DNA of 64,000 nucleotides, from the NCBI GenBank assembly GCA_950097015.1, contig CATNEN010000029.1, positions 1,922,001-1,986,000 of the forward strand, in the 5' to 3' direction. Positions 10,687-22,700 of this stretch are shown here, piece by piece; within the stretch, counting starts at the first letter, position 1; each line of letters opens with the position of its first letter. Below the pieces are notes generated by a model that had not been told where the DNA came from, ran no database searches, and was given only the letters and a program-made list of their open reading frames with translations. Made by a program: the position numbers and the translations under genes. The stretch is from Macrostomum hystrix. Its lineage: Eukaryota > Animalia > Platyhelminthes.

Positions 10687-12701
10687 CACATTTTTCCTTT
10701 TATTACCGTTTCACTCTCTTAAATTGAAGTTCTAGAAATTATTGTACTGGTTAGAAGATTCTTTCAAGTCAATTCCATGATATTCCTTATATTTTTTACT
10801 TACGAGTGTCAATAATAACACTATATTTCATTTAACGACCCCTAAATAATGGCAAAAAATCGGAATCTAATCTTCACGAAGAGACAAGATTCTGTGATAA
10901 ATGCGTAAACGATATTACGATATACTTTTAACGATAACAATTCTTACAGGTTTGAAGAAGCCGCAATCTTTAACTGCAAAACAGAAGTCTTAGCATCTCA
11001 TCTCGCTTTGGTTGAACGGCTTTTGTTGAGTTTTTCGTTTGGAATAGACTTGTATAGAAATCATTGTCATCGGCACACTAATTTATAAAAAATCTAGAAT
11101 TCTATATCCGAAACGTGATGCAAAGCAGACAAGCAGTGTAAGAAGTACATTAGGAATTTTTCCGCGTTCTCGCCTAGCTGGCATAAAGCATTGTTCTGTA
11201 TACTCTACTCATAGTAAGAATTCAAGAAAAATGAATTTCCACATATTTTACAAATTTACAAATGGGCATCACATTACTCACTCAATCGATTCATACGATT
11301 CGTTCCTTAATCCCTCAATAATGGGCATGGCTCTATCGATTCATTTATTTGATTGGTTCCCCTGTGATGAAAGTAAAGTACCTGTTATAACTATTTATTG
11401 TTCACTTATTACAGGTTCTTATGTATGAGTGACTGACTCACTGCAAGACACAGAACGTACAGCAGCAAACCACAATTGTAAATACAAATGTAAGACACGT
11501 GGCTTTTATATAGCTTTAAAGCTCTAAAATAGCGGTTACTTTTATGTTCTATCATGCATTTATGTAAAACTGCTCTGTTTTTTTCATCAAAAGAAAGCTA
11601 TGCAAAAAGGTTTCCAACATTGAGTATAGATATATTAAATTACTTTATTCATCAAACAAAAACGCCTAGTTAATTCAATTGAGTCAGAAAAATTATAATT
11701 GACAGAGAAATCCATAAACTACTAAATATAATGTATTTATAGATTATAAGATCTATATATGAAAAGCTTTACACTATTCATATTGATGTTGAATGCACGC
11801 ACAACTCATTACCTTTAACAGTAATATATAGTGAGTGACACAAAAAGTCTTGCATAAAATTCTGTGCTTTTTGTCGTATTTAAAAAAGTCGCACTCAAAA
11901 AATGTAACTTAATATACTTAATAAACTTAATATATTACTGATATTTATATGTTAGTAGTGCTTTGCTTTAAGAGAGATTTTAATTCATATGAGTATGAGT
12001 AATGTGTAAAGAATGACAGGATAGAATAACACAACTATAACAGTCCAGCTGATGTAATGAGTACAAATGTTTAGATTTTTAGATTTTGTTCAGCATACAA
12101 AACGATATTGAGCTGACCCAGTCTATTTATAGAAGCATTTTTCTATAAACTGAGCAAAATTATTATAATTTCAATTTTTGTAATAGGAAATGGGAATTAG
12201 AAGCTGTACATTCTGGTTTAATAGTTTTACCGCTGGCACAAAATTCTCCAGGAATCTGTCATATAATTTACTTGTAAACAAATCAGACAAAGCACAACAA
12301 GCTCTAAAAAATAAACTAAATCAATTATCTGTGGAAAAAGCACAATCACTCAGTGGAAGACAACAAAAAGACAGCATATGAAGCAATGAGACAAATTAAG
12401 ATTACTGTATCAAACATAGTTCGTTCTCAAATTCGAGGTGTAATTATGTTCTGATGGATACTGTACTAGTGTGGCCATAGACAGTCTGACAAGTACATGT
12501 ACTGTAGGTTAAAAACGTATTTTACCCAAACTACCACTAATAACAACTATAGTAGGATGTGACCATAGACAGTATCTATAATTGGGTGTGACCATAGACA
12601 GTCTGTCAAGTATGGTTTGAACATTTGTAGCATTTATCAGGCATAACCACACAGACCACAGTAAGGCTTATGCTAGGAAGGCATGCCATATAGGAGTTAA
12701 C

Positions 12702-15700
12702 TCAGTGCTGCCCAACTTGGGGCCTGGCGGCTAACCTCTCGGCCAAACTCAGGTCCTCGCGCAGACCTTGCACCGTGTCTTTCAGTTTCCGATAACGCCT
12801 GTCAATATCCGCCCCAGCCGCCGGCTGCTGCTGCCGCTGCTGCTGTTTATCCATCAGGCAGCGCAGGTCGGACAGCTCTGTTTCCACATTGGCCAACTGG
12901 CTAAGTGACTTGCGCAATAGCTGGCGATTCTCGCCGGCCTCCCGGACCTGCCCGGCCGCCGCTGTCTGCCGCTCCCGCTGCCAGCAGTCGAGCGCCCACC
13001 GGCTGGCCAACGCCAGGTCCGAGCTGACCCTTTCCGGATCTGCTGCAGCTTCGCCGCCGTCGGCTTCGTCAAGGCAGAGCCGCGGCCGGCCCGGCCCGCC
13101 CATTCGCAGCAGATGCTCCAGGGCGGTGCGGCCAGCGGCAGCCAGGGCAGCCAGTCGACGTTCCGCCCCGGCCAGACGTTCGCGCAGCTCGGAGCGCTCC
13201 TGGCCGAGCCGCAGAGACTGGGCGGACAAATCAGCCGCCTCCTGCCTCGCAGCTGTAGTGCGGCCATGGGCGGCAGCCAGTTCGGCCTCCCGGTCGGCGA
13301 GGCTGCGCTGCAGGCGCTCCATCTCGGCCGCCTGAGCTTGCCGCAGGCCTTCCAGCAGGCGGCGCTCTTCTTCGGCGCCGCGGGCCTCTTCGGCGGCTCG
13401 GTTGACGCGGTCGGCGGCGTCACGTCCGGCACCCTGGGTTGGTTGCAATCGAACTGATATTAATGGAATCTCTGCAAGCGATAGTCTACTGGCAAAATCA
13501 AGGCAAGTATTCTAGCACTATTATTTTCATTTCCGATTAACAAAGACAAGAGGTAAGAAAGAGGGGTTTGGGAAAACAAGTAAACTGGCAGGCGCACCTG
13601 GATCCGTTCGCGCTTCTCCCGGTGGGCCTGCCTTGCCGATTCCTGGGCCGAGGCTAAATGCCGGCGAATCTCCGCCAGCTGTTCCTCCTTGTCGCGCCGC
13701 TCCTGGCCCAGCTGGCGCAGCAGGGCCTCCTTCTCCTTGATCAGCGCGGCCAGCCGCTTGGCGGCCTCCTCGGCCTGCTGCCGGCTGGCCTGCCCGCTGG
13801 CTGTGAGGTCGGCGCTAAGCGCCTGCAGCTCGCCGCGTTCGCGTTGCAAGGCGCGCGCCTCTGAATGCAACGACTTCAGCTGCTCCTCCAGGCTGAGGCA
13901 GCGGCATTCGGCTGCCGTGAGGCGCTCCTCCAGGCGGGCAGTGACCTCCCGGTTGGCGTTTAGGGCGTGGTCGCGCGACTCGCAGTCGAACCTGTCGCCA
14001 GGCAGGATGGAAAATCTTCTGTGCTTGAATTGGCTTACAGTGGTCTTATCACGTTTCAATATCTGCTCAATCTCACATCTCTAGTTCATCTTACCCTGTC
14101 TCCTAAGAATCTCCAGTTCATCTCACCCTGTCTCTTTAGACTCTCTAGTCCCCCTCTCCTCTGTCTCCTAAGACGATTTCGCGCCGTCCCCAAGGTCTCA
14201 CCGGAATTTATCCGCGTCCTTCCTGGCCGAGTTGAGCTCCTCGCGCAACTGGTATTTGTCCTGCCGCAGTTGGTCGGCCTCCGCCTCTCGCTGGCCAAGC
14301 TGAGACTCCTGCTTCACCGTTGTGGCCAGCAGGTTCTCCAGCTCCTTGCGCATCACCTCCGTCTGAGCCTGTTGGGGCGCACTCGCGGTAGTAAAAGCGG
14401 ATAAACAAAGGCCCACTGACGGATTGGGATAAATACAGGCCCACTAATGGATGGGGATAAATACAGGCCAACTAACTGATGGGAATTAAAAGGGCCCCAG
14501 GATGCAGATCTCATACTTGGTGTGCAGCCAGTTGCCTTCGAGTCGCCTCCAGCTCGCCGTTGAGCCGCTGGGCCCGGCTGGTGCTGTCGCTGCTGCTTTC
14601 AGTCATGCGCAGCGAGTCCCTTTTAGCCGCCTCCGCCAGCTCCTGAAACTCGCGGAAACGTGTCTCCGAACGGTTCCGCTCCTCGGCTAGTTCAGACCTG
14701 CGGCGGTCGGTATTGAGGGGAGCAATGCGGGAATGTCCACAGGCCCACGAGTCCAAACTCAGCCTAAATCCGAGCTTAGAAAATCCAGTCCAAATCAGCT
14801 CTCGGACTTTTGAGCGTTTGTCGTACCTGAGATTTCGCGCCTCCCTGTCAGCAGCCACGGCTTTCTCCCGCTCGGCCTCGACACTGAGCCGGTGCTCGCG
14901 CAGCTCCTTCTCTGCCGACTCGGCGCGTCGCTCGGCCTCCCGTCGGAGCCGCTCCTCCTGCGCCAGCCGGTCGCCGGCGGCGCGCGCTTCGTCTGCAGCT
15001 CGACGAAGCTGCGCGCTCCGATCGTCGAACTGGCCCTGCAGGCTGGCGTTCTGCTTCTGCAGGTCGTCGCGCTGACGCTCGGCCCGTTCGCGGCAGCGGC
15101 GCTCCTCCTCCAGCTCGGCCAGCGGCACCGAGCGCGACAGGCGCGCGCGCAGCTCCACGGATTCTTCGGCGTAGCGCGACTTTTCCGTGGACAGGGCGCG
15201 CTCCTCTGTCAGTGATTCGATTAAAGAGGATGGAACAGTGCATCTGCAATTAATCACGATCCCCGAATTGAGGGATGAGTCTATCGCACCGAGGTCCCTG
15301 AGCTCGAGTCGGGGCGAGGTGATATTGAACACTGCCCGATGATGCGAAAGTCAGGTCAGATGTATTAACTTGTGTGAGTGTGCGTACAGCACATTGATTG
15401 AGAGTCTCCTGACTAAGAGGCGATCGGGAGTTTGAATCCTAGCCCAAGGGTGACTTTGAGTATTCGCCTTCTTGAGTAAAATACATACTCCCCTAGTGAT
15501 TTAGTTCAACAATCTGGGTGCCAGCATCAGCTGGGGCACAAACTTGGGTGGATGTTGCAGCCTCCCCAGTCGACGGACTGAACAGCAGTACACAGCCTTT
15601 TGGAAAGAGCCTTGCAATAGCTGCGGCTGCGAAACTGGCTTTTTATCTAGCCCAACTAGGTTAAAAAGAAATACACTCTAGACAATCGTCTCACTGGCTT

Positions 15701-17544
15701 CTGACAATGAAAATAAAGAAGAAACTTATTTTCAAAGCAACACTTACCCTGCGTCCTCAGCGCCTTCTCTTTGGCCTCAAACTCCTGGCACAGCTCCTGA
15801 ATGCGCGTCTCCAAAGCCCGCCGCTCCGACTCAACTCGACAGAACAGCGCCTTGTACTCGTCTAGCTCACGCGACAGGCAGCTCCGAGCGCCCTCGGCCT
15901 CGCGCACTCGGTTGCGGGCCGCCTCCAGCTCCTCCTCGGCAGAGCAGCGGGCCGCTTCCAGTTCGTCCACCCGCGAGCGAAATAGCACCTCCTCCGGTGA
16001 CAGGCCCGGTAGCGGGTGCGGCATCGGCGGACCGCCTGGCGTTGTTGGCAGCGGCGCCTGCGCCGACGACTCCTCGCGTCGCTGTGTCAGGTCATGCAGC
16101 GCCGCACGCAGCGAGTCCGACAGGCGCGGCCCGGAGCCGAAGCCGCCGCTGATGCGTCGACCGTATGCCGATGACGATTCGCCAATGCCAGCGCCCCCGC
16201 CACCGCTCAGCCGGAGCCGCTCCTGTCGCAGCTCTTCGCTGGCCTCGGCTAGGCGCTGCTGGACCTCGCGGGAGGTGGCGCGCGGGCTCGGAGCTCGTTC
16301 GGCGGCGCGCACCCGGTCCAGCTCCTCGCGTAGAAGGCGGGCCTCGTCGGGCGAAGGCTTCAAGCGGAGCTCCTCGCGCAGCCGGCTCTGCTCTGTGCCG
16401 AGGTCGCGCAACCGCTGGTGCACCTCGTGCAGCTCCTCCGTGCTGCCCGCGCCGACGACCCCAGCGCCGATTCCAGCGCCGCCGTTCAGAAAGCGCACCG
16501 AGGAGGCCCGACGCATCTGGCTGCCGCCAGCCCTTTCGGCATCTGCCGCCGCGGCTACGTTCGGGCTGGACGCGTAGGGCAACTGTTGGCCGAGCCGGCT
16601 GGCCAGTCGGACCTCGCTGGTCACTCGTTGCAGGTCCTCCTTCAGCTGTTAGGGGATTGAGCGATGAAAATAGAAATTTATGAATGTGGTAAACAGGCCA
16701 GTTAGCACAGATGGAGTTTTTTAAAATCAGTCGGGTACCGATTTAACATTGGGTTTAGCATCAAATATAGGATATGAGCATATGAGTATAGGAGTATATA
16801 TGAGAAGTAATAACACCAACCAAGTTGGGACGAATGTAAAGCAAGTTACACAACCGCAGCTATTGCGTGGCGTAACGGAAGGCTGCATGCAATTAGCTGT
16901 TCAGTCCATGGACTGAAGGTCGCGACTTCTCAGCGAACTTTTAGCCCTAGTTAATCCCTGGTATCTATTTTAGAGCTATGTGAATTGAAGCCAAGTGGTT
17001 AGCAAGGTCTTAAATTTATTTTTTAATCCTCGTTTAGGAGTCCGAAATTTTAACCTCAGGACTAACTCCAGTCTTAAAAAATGATTAACTTCATTCAACA
17101 GTTTTCGACAAGGCAAAGATTAGAATTAGAAAATTAAAATCAATTTTCGAGCAATAAAAGATCAAAGCAAAAGTTTGAGCGGTATTATTTGAGTTTCGGT
17201 GTCAGCCTTATCGCCACACTTGAGAGAAGATACGATAGATATCATGCTATATAACAAATGGTTTCTATACTAGAAGCAATTGAATGTGAGGATAGCAACG
17301 TTGGACAGTGTTGGAACTTGGCAATAACAGTTAAGCGAAGCCTTACCCGATTCATATCCGTTGATTGCCGGTCAGTTGTGTCTCTGTAAAATGTCATCAA
17401 TCGATCAATCGACCTGAGATTCCTGTTGGTGTCCACTAGCGCGGAGTTTAGTGTAGACAACTGCTTGCCAACTGATTGGGGCGGGTACGAGCTGGGCTCG
17501 GAGTCGTACTGATTAGAGTCCGAGTCAGGTGAATAATCGTCCAT
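12702..17544 (-). CDS. CEP128: CEP128-like centriolar coiled-coil protein, 7 exons (~980 aa)
   Basis: Phase-consistent GT-AG exons: 17544-17347, 16645-15748, 15205-14827, 14697-14517, 14368-14202, 13991-13598, 13433-12702. The N-terminus LNSALVDTNRNLRSIDRLMTFYRD...LKEDL and SVRF...ELHEVHQRLRDLGTEQSRL resemble the recalled human CEP128 motifs (TLQDTSRNLRQVDQMLGRYRE; VRF...LHGFHQSLRDLSSEQIRL). The 3' end is less certain. Confidence 0.78.
15385..15630 (+). mobile_element. tRNA-derived SINE, family B (CEP128 intron 2)
   Basis: B box gggagtttgaatcc; the body ctggggca...gggtgg...cccagtc...actgaaca...tacacagcctt is shared with the 36070-36370 copy. Confidence 0.65.
16860..17050 (-). mobile_element. 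degenerate SINE family B fragment (CEP128 intron 1)
   Basis: The reverse complement contains cagtccatggactgaacagc, matching the family B body. Confidence 0.45.
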
Positions 17545-20286
17545 TGCTTGAGTTAGACGCGCGGGTTTTGTGACTTCGCGGTGGACCAATTACAGTAAAG
17601 CATCCCGCCAATTCAATGAAATTGCATGTAGGAATATGATATCTGAAATGCAAATTAGAGTAAAGAAGTCAGCCAATGTAAAGAAGTCATCAACTTTGGA
17701 TTGTCTTAAATGTATACTGAAACAACTAAACCAAAATTCAGAACAAAATTGTGGGCTGAAGTTGGAGTATCTATATGTTTAAATGTAATGATAATTTCTT
17801 TGGGATTATATCACAAAAGTCAGACAAAATAGATGCTGGAACTAAGGGAATTAAAAAACCAAGTAAGTATTACATTTCTTCTTTCCTTGTTAATAGGGGA
17901 ATTATAGATAACCTCAAACCATGTTTTTCATTCTCGTCAGGACAACAATCTATCTACACGTTTAATTAATTGCCAAAATTACAGCAATATTTATATTGTT
18001 TATATTCGTCTTCTAAATAAAAATTGAAAGGTGATCATTTCTTTGCTGTTTATTTATATCGGATTATCAATTGTGGCAATCAGTGTATTCGAGTATAATA
18101 GCAACTAATGGAATCATAATGAGTGAACACAAAAACATTATATAAATGGGAAGCCTAAAATTCAACAGCGCAATAGGTTAAAAATACATTTAAATGCTAC
18201 TTTTTCTGTAAAGTATGAGTGATTTTACAACTTTAGATGGCCTTCTGCTACATTACTTTACATGGAGTTCATATATTTTTATATAATCGTAATCGAAAAC
18301 GTAGATCTTAATGAAAATAATAATAGGACTTAAAGTAAACATTCGCTTTTTACAGCGTGCATGTCTTCTTATTAAATATATATTTCATATTTTTTCATTT
18401 TCTCATATTTTTTAGAGGCTTCAGTTCTCGTAGGTTAGAGCAAGCGGCGCTTCAGTTAATTTAGAATAAAATGGTATCGAAGTTTTAAGTTAAAGTTGTC
18501 TGTAATCACAAATGTAAATGAAATGTTCTAGAAATTTTTTTATATATGCTTAAAAACAAAGTAACATTTCACTGCCTTTTCTTTATTTCTAAATAATAAT
18601 GCGCATTTGTGTGCATTAGACTGTTTACTTAGTTTTAACCGTAAAAACGCAAAAAATATCGACCGATATGAAATAATACTTATTAACGAATCATGATTTA
18701 TTCTATTAATGCATTTTCTGTTTCTCTAATATATTTTTTGACGCTTAAAAACGCTGTACCAGTGTGCCAGTGTATTATTAAATTCTATTCTATTTGCTTC
18801 TCCCTTTGAAATAGATTCACGGATCTGGAATACAAAGAACATAAATAAACTTAGTTTATCAACTTGATTAAACTGTTTGCAGATTATTTTTCCGTCACTT
18901 TCTATTTTCCGTCCGAAAATAAAAACGCATTTACAGGTAAAAAGTATATCTTTGCTAACACAGTCTCCTCACGAAGTTTGAATCCACCTGCAACACACTC
19001 ACAAACACGAAGTACAAAGACTTACAATTGAAGCAAGCACTATAGCTCGTAAAAGAAATGAGGCTAAGAGCTAGTCGATTTTTCGATTGAATTTGAATTC
19101 GAGTGAGTTGAATTTAATATAAGCACCCATCCAAAATTTGTATATTATTTAGGATGGATCATGTATAGTTTATTTAGGATTTAGGATTATTTAGTACTGT
19201 ATTTATAGCTGTCTTAAAGGCTTTTTAGATTTTTCAGTGCAATTATGACGAATATAATTTATTGAGTTAAATACGGTATGGTCTAGGGCTTACCTAATAA
19301 AAGCATGTATAACTGCTAATTTACAGATAAGGATTGCACTTTTAGTCAATTGAGTTAGTTGCTAAGGAAAGCTAGAGAACAATACCGAATATCCAAAGAA
19401 ATAATGATTTAAATATTTGTAAGATACAGCTTTGAAGTTTCCGGAAAGAGGAACTATAAACGAACGTTATAAAATCAATGCTAAATATAGAAAGATACTA
19501 CACTATAATGTACGACATATATTGATTTCTTCAATATAAAGTCTCAATGAAGGTCCAAGTAAAAAATAAAAAGAAAAAAATTGACGTTTTCATTAATTTC
19601 TTTAGCACTTCATAGCTTTGAGAATGGAAACTAATCATTACCACGGCTGTATATTTAAATTAATTAGCTAAGCTTAGAGAAATACAGAAAGCAAAAAATA
19701 GATTGCCCTTAAGGTTATAAATAACTCACATAAAAGGAACACGAACAAATAAAATCATACAATTTTATAGAGAGCTTTCTTCCAATAACACAAAAATACG
19801 AAAATCTACACAAAACTAATAAAAATCCTAAACATTGCATTGCACCGACTTGAAAATTAAAACCACAAAGAGAAGAAACAATGAAACAGGATGAAACAAT
19901 TAGAAAGCAAAAAACAGCTGCGAGAACGCGTCTACTAGGAATTACACTTTTGGTTCAACGAGCGCACAAGAATTGGAAGCGGATGCGGCAATGTACATAT
20001 AAATGTACTTTAATAGCTAACAAATATAAAATTTCAATCAGCTGTACTCTTATAATAAGCCTTATTACGTTCGTATTAAGAGCAAGGCGCGACTCTGGAA
20101 TGGGCGCTAGACATTGGCTAAAAACGAAGGCAAAAAAACTATCAGCGCCAATCAGGACGCTGCTTTGAAGGTCACGGAGATTGCATATCAGAGATTCGAT
20201 TCGTTATTCGTTTAGAAAAGACTTGATAAATTTTGCTCAGTCAAGTGGGTTTAATAACACTTATATTAGGCGCTAAAATGACACAA

Positions 20287-20292
20287 TTTATT
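20287..20292 (-). terminator. polyadenylation signal AATAAA of BCAT
   Basis: tttatt on the plus strand, about 40 nt after the BCAT stop. Confidence 0.6.
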
Positions 20293-20329
20293 GCAACCCT
20301 GGATTAAGGGCCTGGAATAGGAATAAAAA

Positions 20330-22145
20330 TTAAACGACAACATCAGCCCACGGGTGCTGAGCCAAACGGCCATACTGAATGTCGGTGAGTGTCTTGAAGA
20401 ATCGCATAGTAACGGGAGCTCCCTGGCTCATTGTTGGCACTGGCAGCAGTTGGCCCTGATAGAGTATGGCGCCAACTGGATTAACAACACAGGCCGTGCC
20501 GCAGCCGAACATCTCTAGCAGGCGGCCGGACTGAATGGCGTCGACAACTTCGGCCATTGTTATGTTGCGCTCAACGACCTCCCAGTCGGCCCATTCACGA
20601 GCCAGTGCCAGCACGCTGGCCCTGGTGATGCCTGGAAGGATCAGATCCTCTGTCAGGCTGGGTGTAACCAACTGAGGCCTGCCAGTTTCTGGGCACCGCC
20701 AGAACAGGAACAGGTTCATTGTGCCGACCTCTGTGATGCGATGCTCCGGTCCGTATAGCCACAATACCTGCGAATTGTGATTATTTGATCAATAGAATTT
20801 GATTTTCACTTCGTCATTTTGTCAGTCGCATGAAACACTGATGACTTTATCAGTCAATGAGTCATTGGGCAAGACAATTAATTTCCCTAGTTTCAGATGC
20901 GGCCTCCTCAGTCAATTAAAAACTTTTTTGTTCACCTGCTGACAGCCCTGAGCAGCTGCCATCAGTTGGATGCGACAAGTCGGTCCGTAGTTCGAGCCCA
21001 TCTTGCTGCTGCCGGCGCCGCCTGGCCAGGCCCGGGCGAATGCCGGGTCGGCTAACAGGGTTACCGGTTTGAAACCGGTCGGATAATAGGGCCCGACTGG
21101 TCCGGTGATGACGAAACTGTAAAATAGGGATGAATTCGCGATTGACATGCAGTGCAGTGTGTCCTAGGCCCACAAGTCGCAAATTTACCTGCAGATAGGC
21201 GCATGAAAAGCTAATGTGACCTAAATAACATTAGAAGAGAGCTGGGGGCACTAGCACATCATTTGGCGACAGAACACCCGCAGTCAGGGTACATCTGCTC
21301 CTGACTCGTTCAATCGTCAGACAGTGTGTACACTTTCACTGTGCCTTAGAGGTTGGCCCTCGTGGTCGTGCGCGAAAACCTCCCCAAGCGGGGTTTATTC
21401 TCTCCGTGGAATCGAGCCCAGGGACCTTGGTGCGAAAGGCGTTTAACCGCTCTGCCATTCAGCATCCATGGGTTTCCTACAGTGAGGTTGCCTACTTCCT
21501 ACTTTTTGCCTGCCTAAATTTTCCCATCAGCTTTTGTCTCATATCTACCAGCCTGCCTGCAAGCTCAGCTCACAGCGTGGTCTCCTCGGCTGGTCCAATA
21601 GCGATTCGCGGCTCCGAAGCAATCATAGCCGGCCGAATGTACAGAGCGCCATCCTGAGAACGCGGCACCCAGGCCTGGTCTACGCGTACCAGCTCGCGGA
21701 CGCATTGCAACAGCTGGGCCGGATCAAATGTGGCTAAAGTGGCTCGCTCGGCGCTGGCCCGCAGGCGTTTCATGTTCTCCATTGGACGAAATAGGCGCAC
21801 TTTGCCGTCAACTCCCCAATAGGCCTTTAAACCTTCGAAGCACTCCAGCGCATAGTGCAGCGCCTTGGTGGCCGGGTGAAGCGGTAAGCAGCGAGTTGGC
21901 TCGATGCGGGGTCGCTCCCAGCCAGCCTGGTTGGAGTGTCGCACAATCAGCATGTGATCAGAGAACTGTGTGCCAAACACCAGGCCATCAGTAGACGAAG
22001 GCCTCGGCTGTGGCTGTTTAGTCAGCTCAGTTTTCAAATTGGAAAACTGGAAGCTGCCAGCTGCAGCTGTGGCCAGCTGGTGACGACACACAGAAGACAA
22101 TGCTGGCTGTTGTAGCAGAGTGCAACAAAGTTTTGCTGTCCACAT
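20330..22145 (-). CDS. BCAT: branched-chain amino acid aminotransferase, probably mitochondrial (396 aa, 3 coding exons)
   Basis: Exons 22145-21574, 21116-20936, 20767-20330. Motifs include [40 protein letters not shown] (PLP lysine), [15 protein letters not shown] and FGCGTACVV; the N-terminus is presequence-like. Confidence 0.95.
21235..21465 (-). mobile_element. tRNA-derived SINE, family A (BCAT intron 1)
   Basis: A box tggcagagcggttaa, B box gggctcgattcc and the shared body gagggccaacctc...aaggcacagtgaaagtgtacac. Confidence 0.8.
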
Positions 22146-22359
22146 GAGATAGCTGAAACAATAACAAAAAATAGTTTAACTATAAAGCTTATAAACTCAT
22201 AATAGCTAGCAAACAAATTAATCATTATGATCTTTCCCTTAAAACTTGAACCACCAAGAGAATTTAGTGGTGCAGTCATAGAAACAAGTAATACAATTTC
22301 CTATATATTTAAATGCTAATTTAACTAAACTTAACTTAAAGTTGCAAAATTTAACTATA

Positions 22360-22700
22360 AGGGTGAGTGGCAGAGTGGTGTCTGCCTCTGACACCAATGT
22401 CCCAGAGCTTGATTCCACAGTGAGGCCACATTAAATTGGGGCATAACCATGGAAAGAAGGCTTGGGTGCTTGTTGTGCAATTTATGCTCTTGAGGGACAA
22501 CCACTCAAGGCACAATGGAGTGTACACTGCCTGATAATCAGAAAGTCAGGGCAGATGTACACACCTGTGTGAGCTTGGCCCTGCATATGGTACCTATACA
22601 TACATGTGTCTGCTCAGGAGTCAGCAAAATAGGTAGAATTGCCTCCTCACTGACTGTAGGTCTAGTGTCACAAATGATGTGCCAGTGCCTATAGCCCTCA
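22360..22700 (+). mobile_element. tRNA-derived SINE, family A (full length, upstream of the BCAT ATG)
   Basis: Homologous head, body, internal hairpin and 3' tail to the other family A copies. Confidence 0.8.

Noticed and set aside
12854-16683. Overlapping Ala/Arg/Ser-rich ORFs on both strands over CEP128 (also over SEC31 and PI4KB)
   Set aside because: These are antisense or off-frame shadows of GC-rich exons with no recognisable domains.
19355-19375. RFX X-box upstream of CEP128 (gttgctaaggaaag)
   Set aside because: It lacks the terminal AAC of the consensus half-site and is 1.8 kb from the ATG; too weak to call.
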